This document shows, in pieces, positions 62,593 through 64,000 of a stretch of DNA of 64,000 bases. Under the pieces are notes generated by a model. That model saw only the letters and a list, made by a program, of their open reading frames with translations. It searched no databases and was not told the origin of the DNA. The DNA lies in contig NC_068986.1 of assembly GCF_001194135.2 (NCBI RefSeq), forward strand, positions 89,224,942 through 89,288,941, written 5' to 3'. The DNA comes from Octopus bimaculoides (lineage: Eukaryota). Within the stretch, counting starts at the first letter, position 1. Every line of letters starts with the position of its first letter. Both the position numbers and the translations under genes were made by a program.

Positions 62593-64000
62593 NNNNNNNN
62601 NNNNNNNNNNNNNNNNNNNNNNNNNNNNNNNNNNNNNNNNNNNNNNNNNNNNNNNNNNNNNNNNNNNNNNNNNNNNNNNNNNNNNNNNNNNNNNNNNNNN
62701 NNNNNNNNNNNNNNNNNNNNNNNNNNNNNNNNNNNNNNNNNNNNNNNNNNNNNNNNNNNNNNNNNNNNNNNNNNNNNNNNNNNNNNNNNNNNNNNNNNNN
62801 NNNNNNNNNNNNNNNNNNNNNNNNNNNNNNNNNNNNNNNNNNNNNNNNNNNNNNNNNNNNNNNNNNNNNNNNNNNNNNNNNNNNNNNNNNNNNNNNNNNN
62901 NNNNNNNNNNNNNNNNNNNNNNNNNNNNNNNNNNNNNNNNNNNNNNNNNNNNNNNNNNNNNNNNNNNNNNNNNNNNNNNNNNNNNNNNNNNNNNNNNNNN
63001 NNNNNNNNNNNNNNNNNNNNNNNNNNNNNNNNNNNNNNNNNNNNNNNNNNNNNNNNNNNNNNNNNNNNNNNNNNNNNNNNNNNNNNNNNNNNNNNNNNNN
63101 NNNNNNNNNNNNNNNNNNNNNNNNNNNNNNNNNNNNNNNNNNNNNNNNNNNNNNNNNNNNNNNNNNNNNNNNNNNNNNNNNNNNNNNNNNNNNNNNNNNN
63201 NNNNNNNNNNNNNNNNNNNNNNNNNNNNNNNNNNNNNNNNNNNNNNNNNNNNNNNNNNNNNNNNNNNNNNNNNNNNNNNNNNNNNNNTATATATATATAT
63301 ATATATATATATGGGTACAGGACGTCACAAATAGTAAACAACATGAAATACGAGAACAAATGAGTCGAATACGTAAACAACGTGTGAAACAGATGGAAAA
63401 CAACAAAAGTAACATACGGAACGAACCTATTTGTCAGTTGCCTATCTACTCCTCATTCGAGTATTGAACGACAATATGAGTCTTCGAAGGCAGTTACTCC
63501 CACCAAAGCCAAAATACAATTTGGGATTTTATGGAGGGTCAAAGGTGGTAACAAAAGCAGGACAGTAGACATACAAGGAAACCGAACGAAAACAAACATG
63601 GAGGGTCATTAGACCAGACGAAGTTAATTTAGCGAAATGGTTTTTTGACAAGAAAAAAGATAGAAGAGGGAGATAGATAGGATACGTTCAACCTCTTGGA
63701 CAGCCCTGAAAGAAAAGAAAGATGATTACGTGAGGAAGAGAAAGATGAATGATGGTCACGTGTGAGCAACCGAAGAGAGCAAAGGAGAAAGAGTGAGACA
63801 GATAGAAAACGGTGAAGGGGAGAAATAAAGGAATTGGAGAAAGAATGAGCGAGAAAATGATAGGTGGAGAGAACAGTATAGGGTAGAGTCGCATCAAAAA
63901 GATAAAGATAAACTTACTTGGAAATGGATGTGGGTGTTCAATCAAATAATAGCATAAATAATATATATACATATATCTATATATATATATATATATATAT

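Noticed and set aside
63430-63510. Possible third hammerhead-like motif after the Penelope gap
   Set aside because: Core and stem II are too degenerate to support.
1-64000. CRISPR arrays, operons or prokaryotic defence systems
   Set aside because: The sequence is eukaryotic with spliceosomal introns; the only regular repeats are microsatellites and dispersed exon modules.

Overview
This is AT-rich, repeat-dense eukaryotic (animal) genomic DNA with five N-gaps. The SINE families and microsatellite load look like an Octopus genome (inference, not a database result). Most ORFs in the supplied track are noise or transposon debris. The main content is invisible to that track: a plus-strand gene built from 86-100 nt exons spread over about 20.8-59.8 kb. 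The exons alternate between type A (intron phase 1 to 2) and type B (phase 2 to 1). Each A+B pair encodes one ~62-65 aa module with six invariant cysteines, C-x7-C-x16-C-x8-C-x6/8-C-x11-C, plus a conserved [NKQRI]PD motif and an R-[LMI]-x2-[YF]-x2-C-A motif. I find 9 A exons, 8 B exons and a short terminal exon. All have AG/GT ends and compatible phases, giving 8 complete modules plus one orphan A exon. The 3' end of a tandem paralogue lies at 1.95-7.2 kb, and a dead third copy of the terminal exon and 3' block lies at about 11 kb. I do not recognise the family and did not find the start/signal-peptide exon with confidence. Introns and flanks hold a full-length decayed mariner, other Tc1/mariner fragments, a Helitron helicase remnant, a Gypsy integrase, R4/Dong-, RTE- and CR1-like LINE fragments and a Penelope RT fragment. 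They also hold three tRNA-derived SINE families (one carrying a minimal hammerhead ribozyme) and two large fold-back structures.
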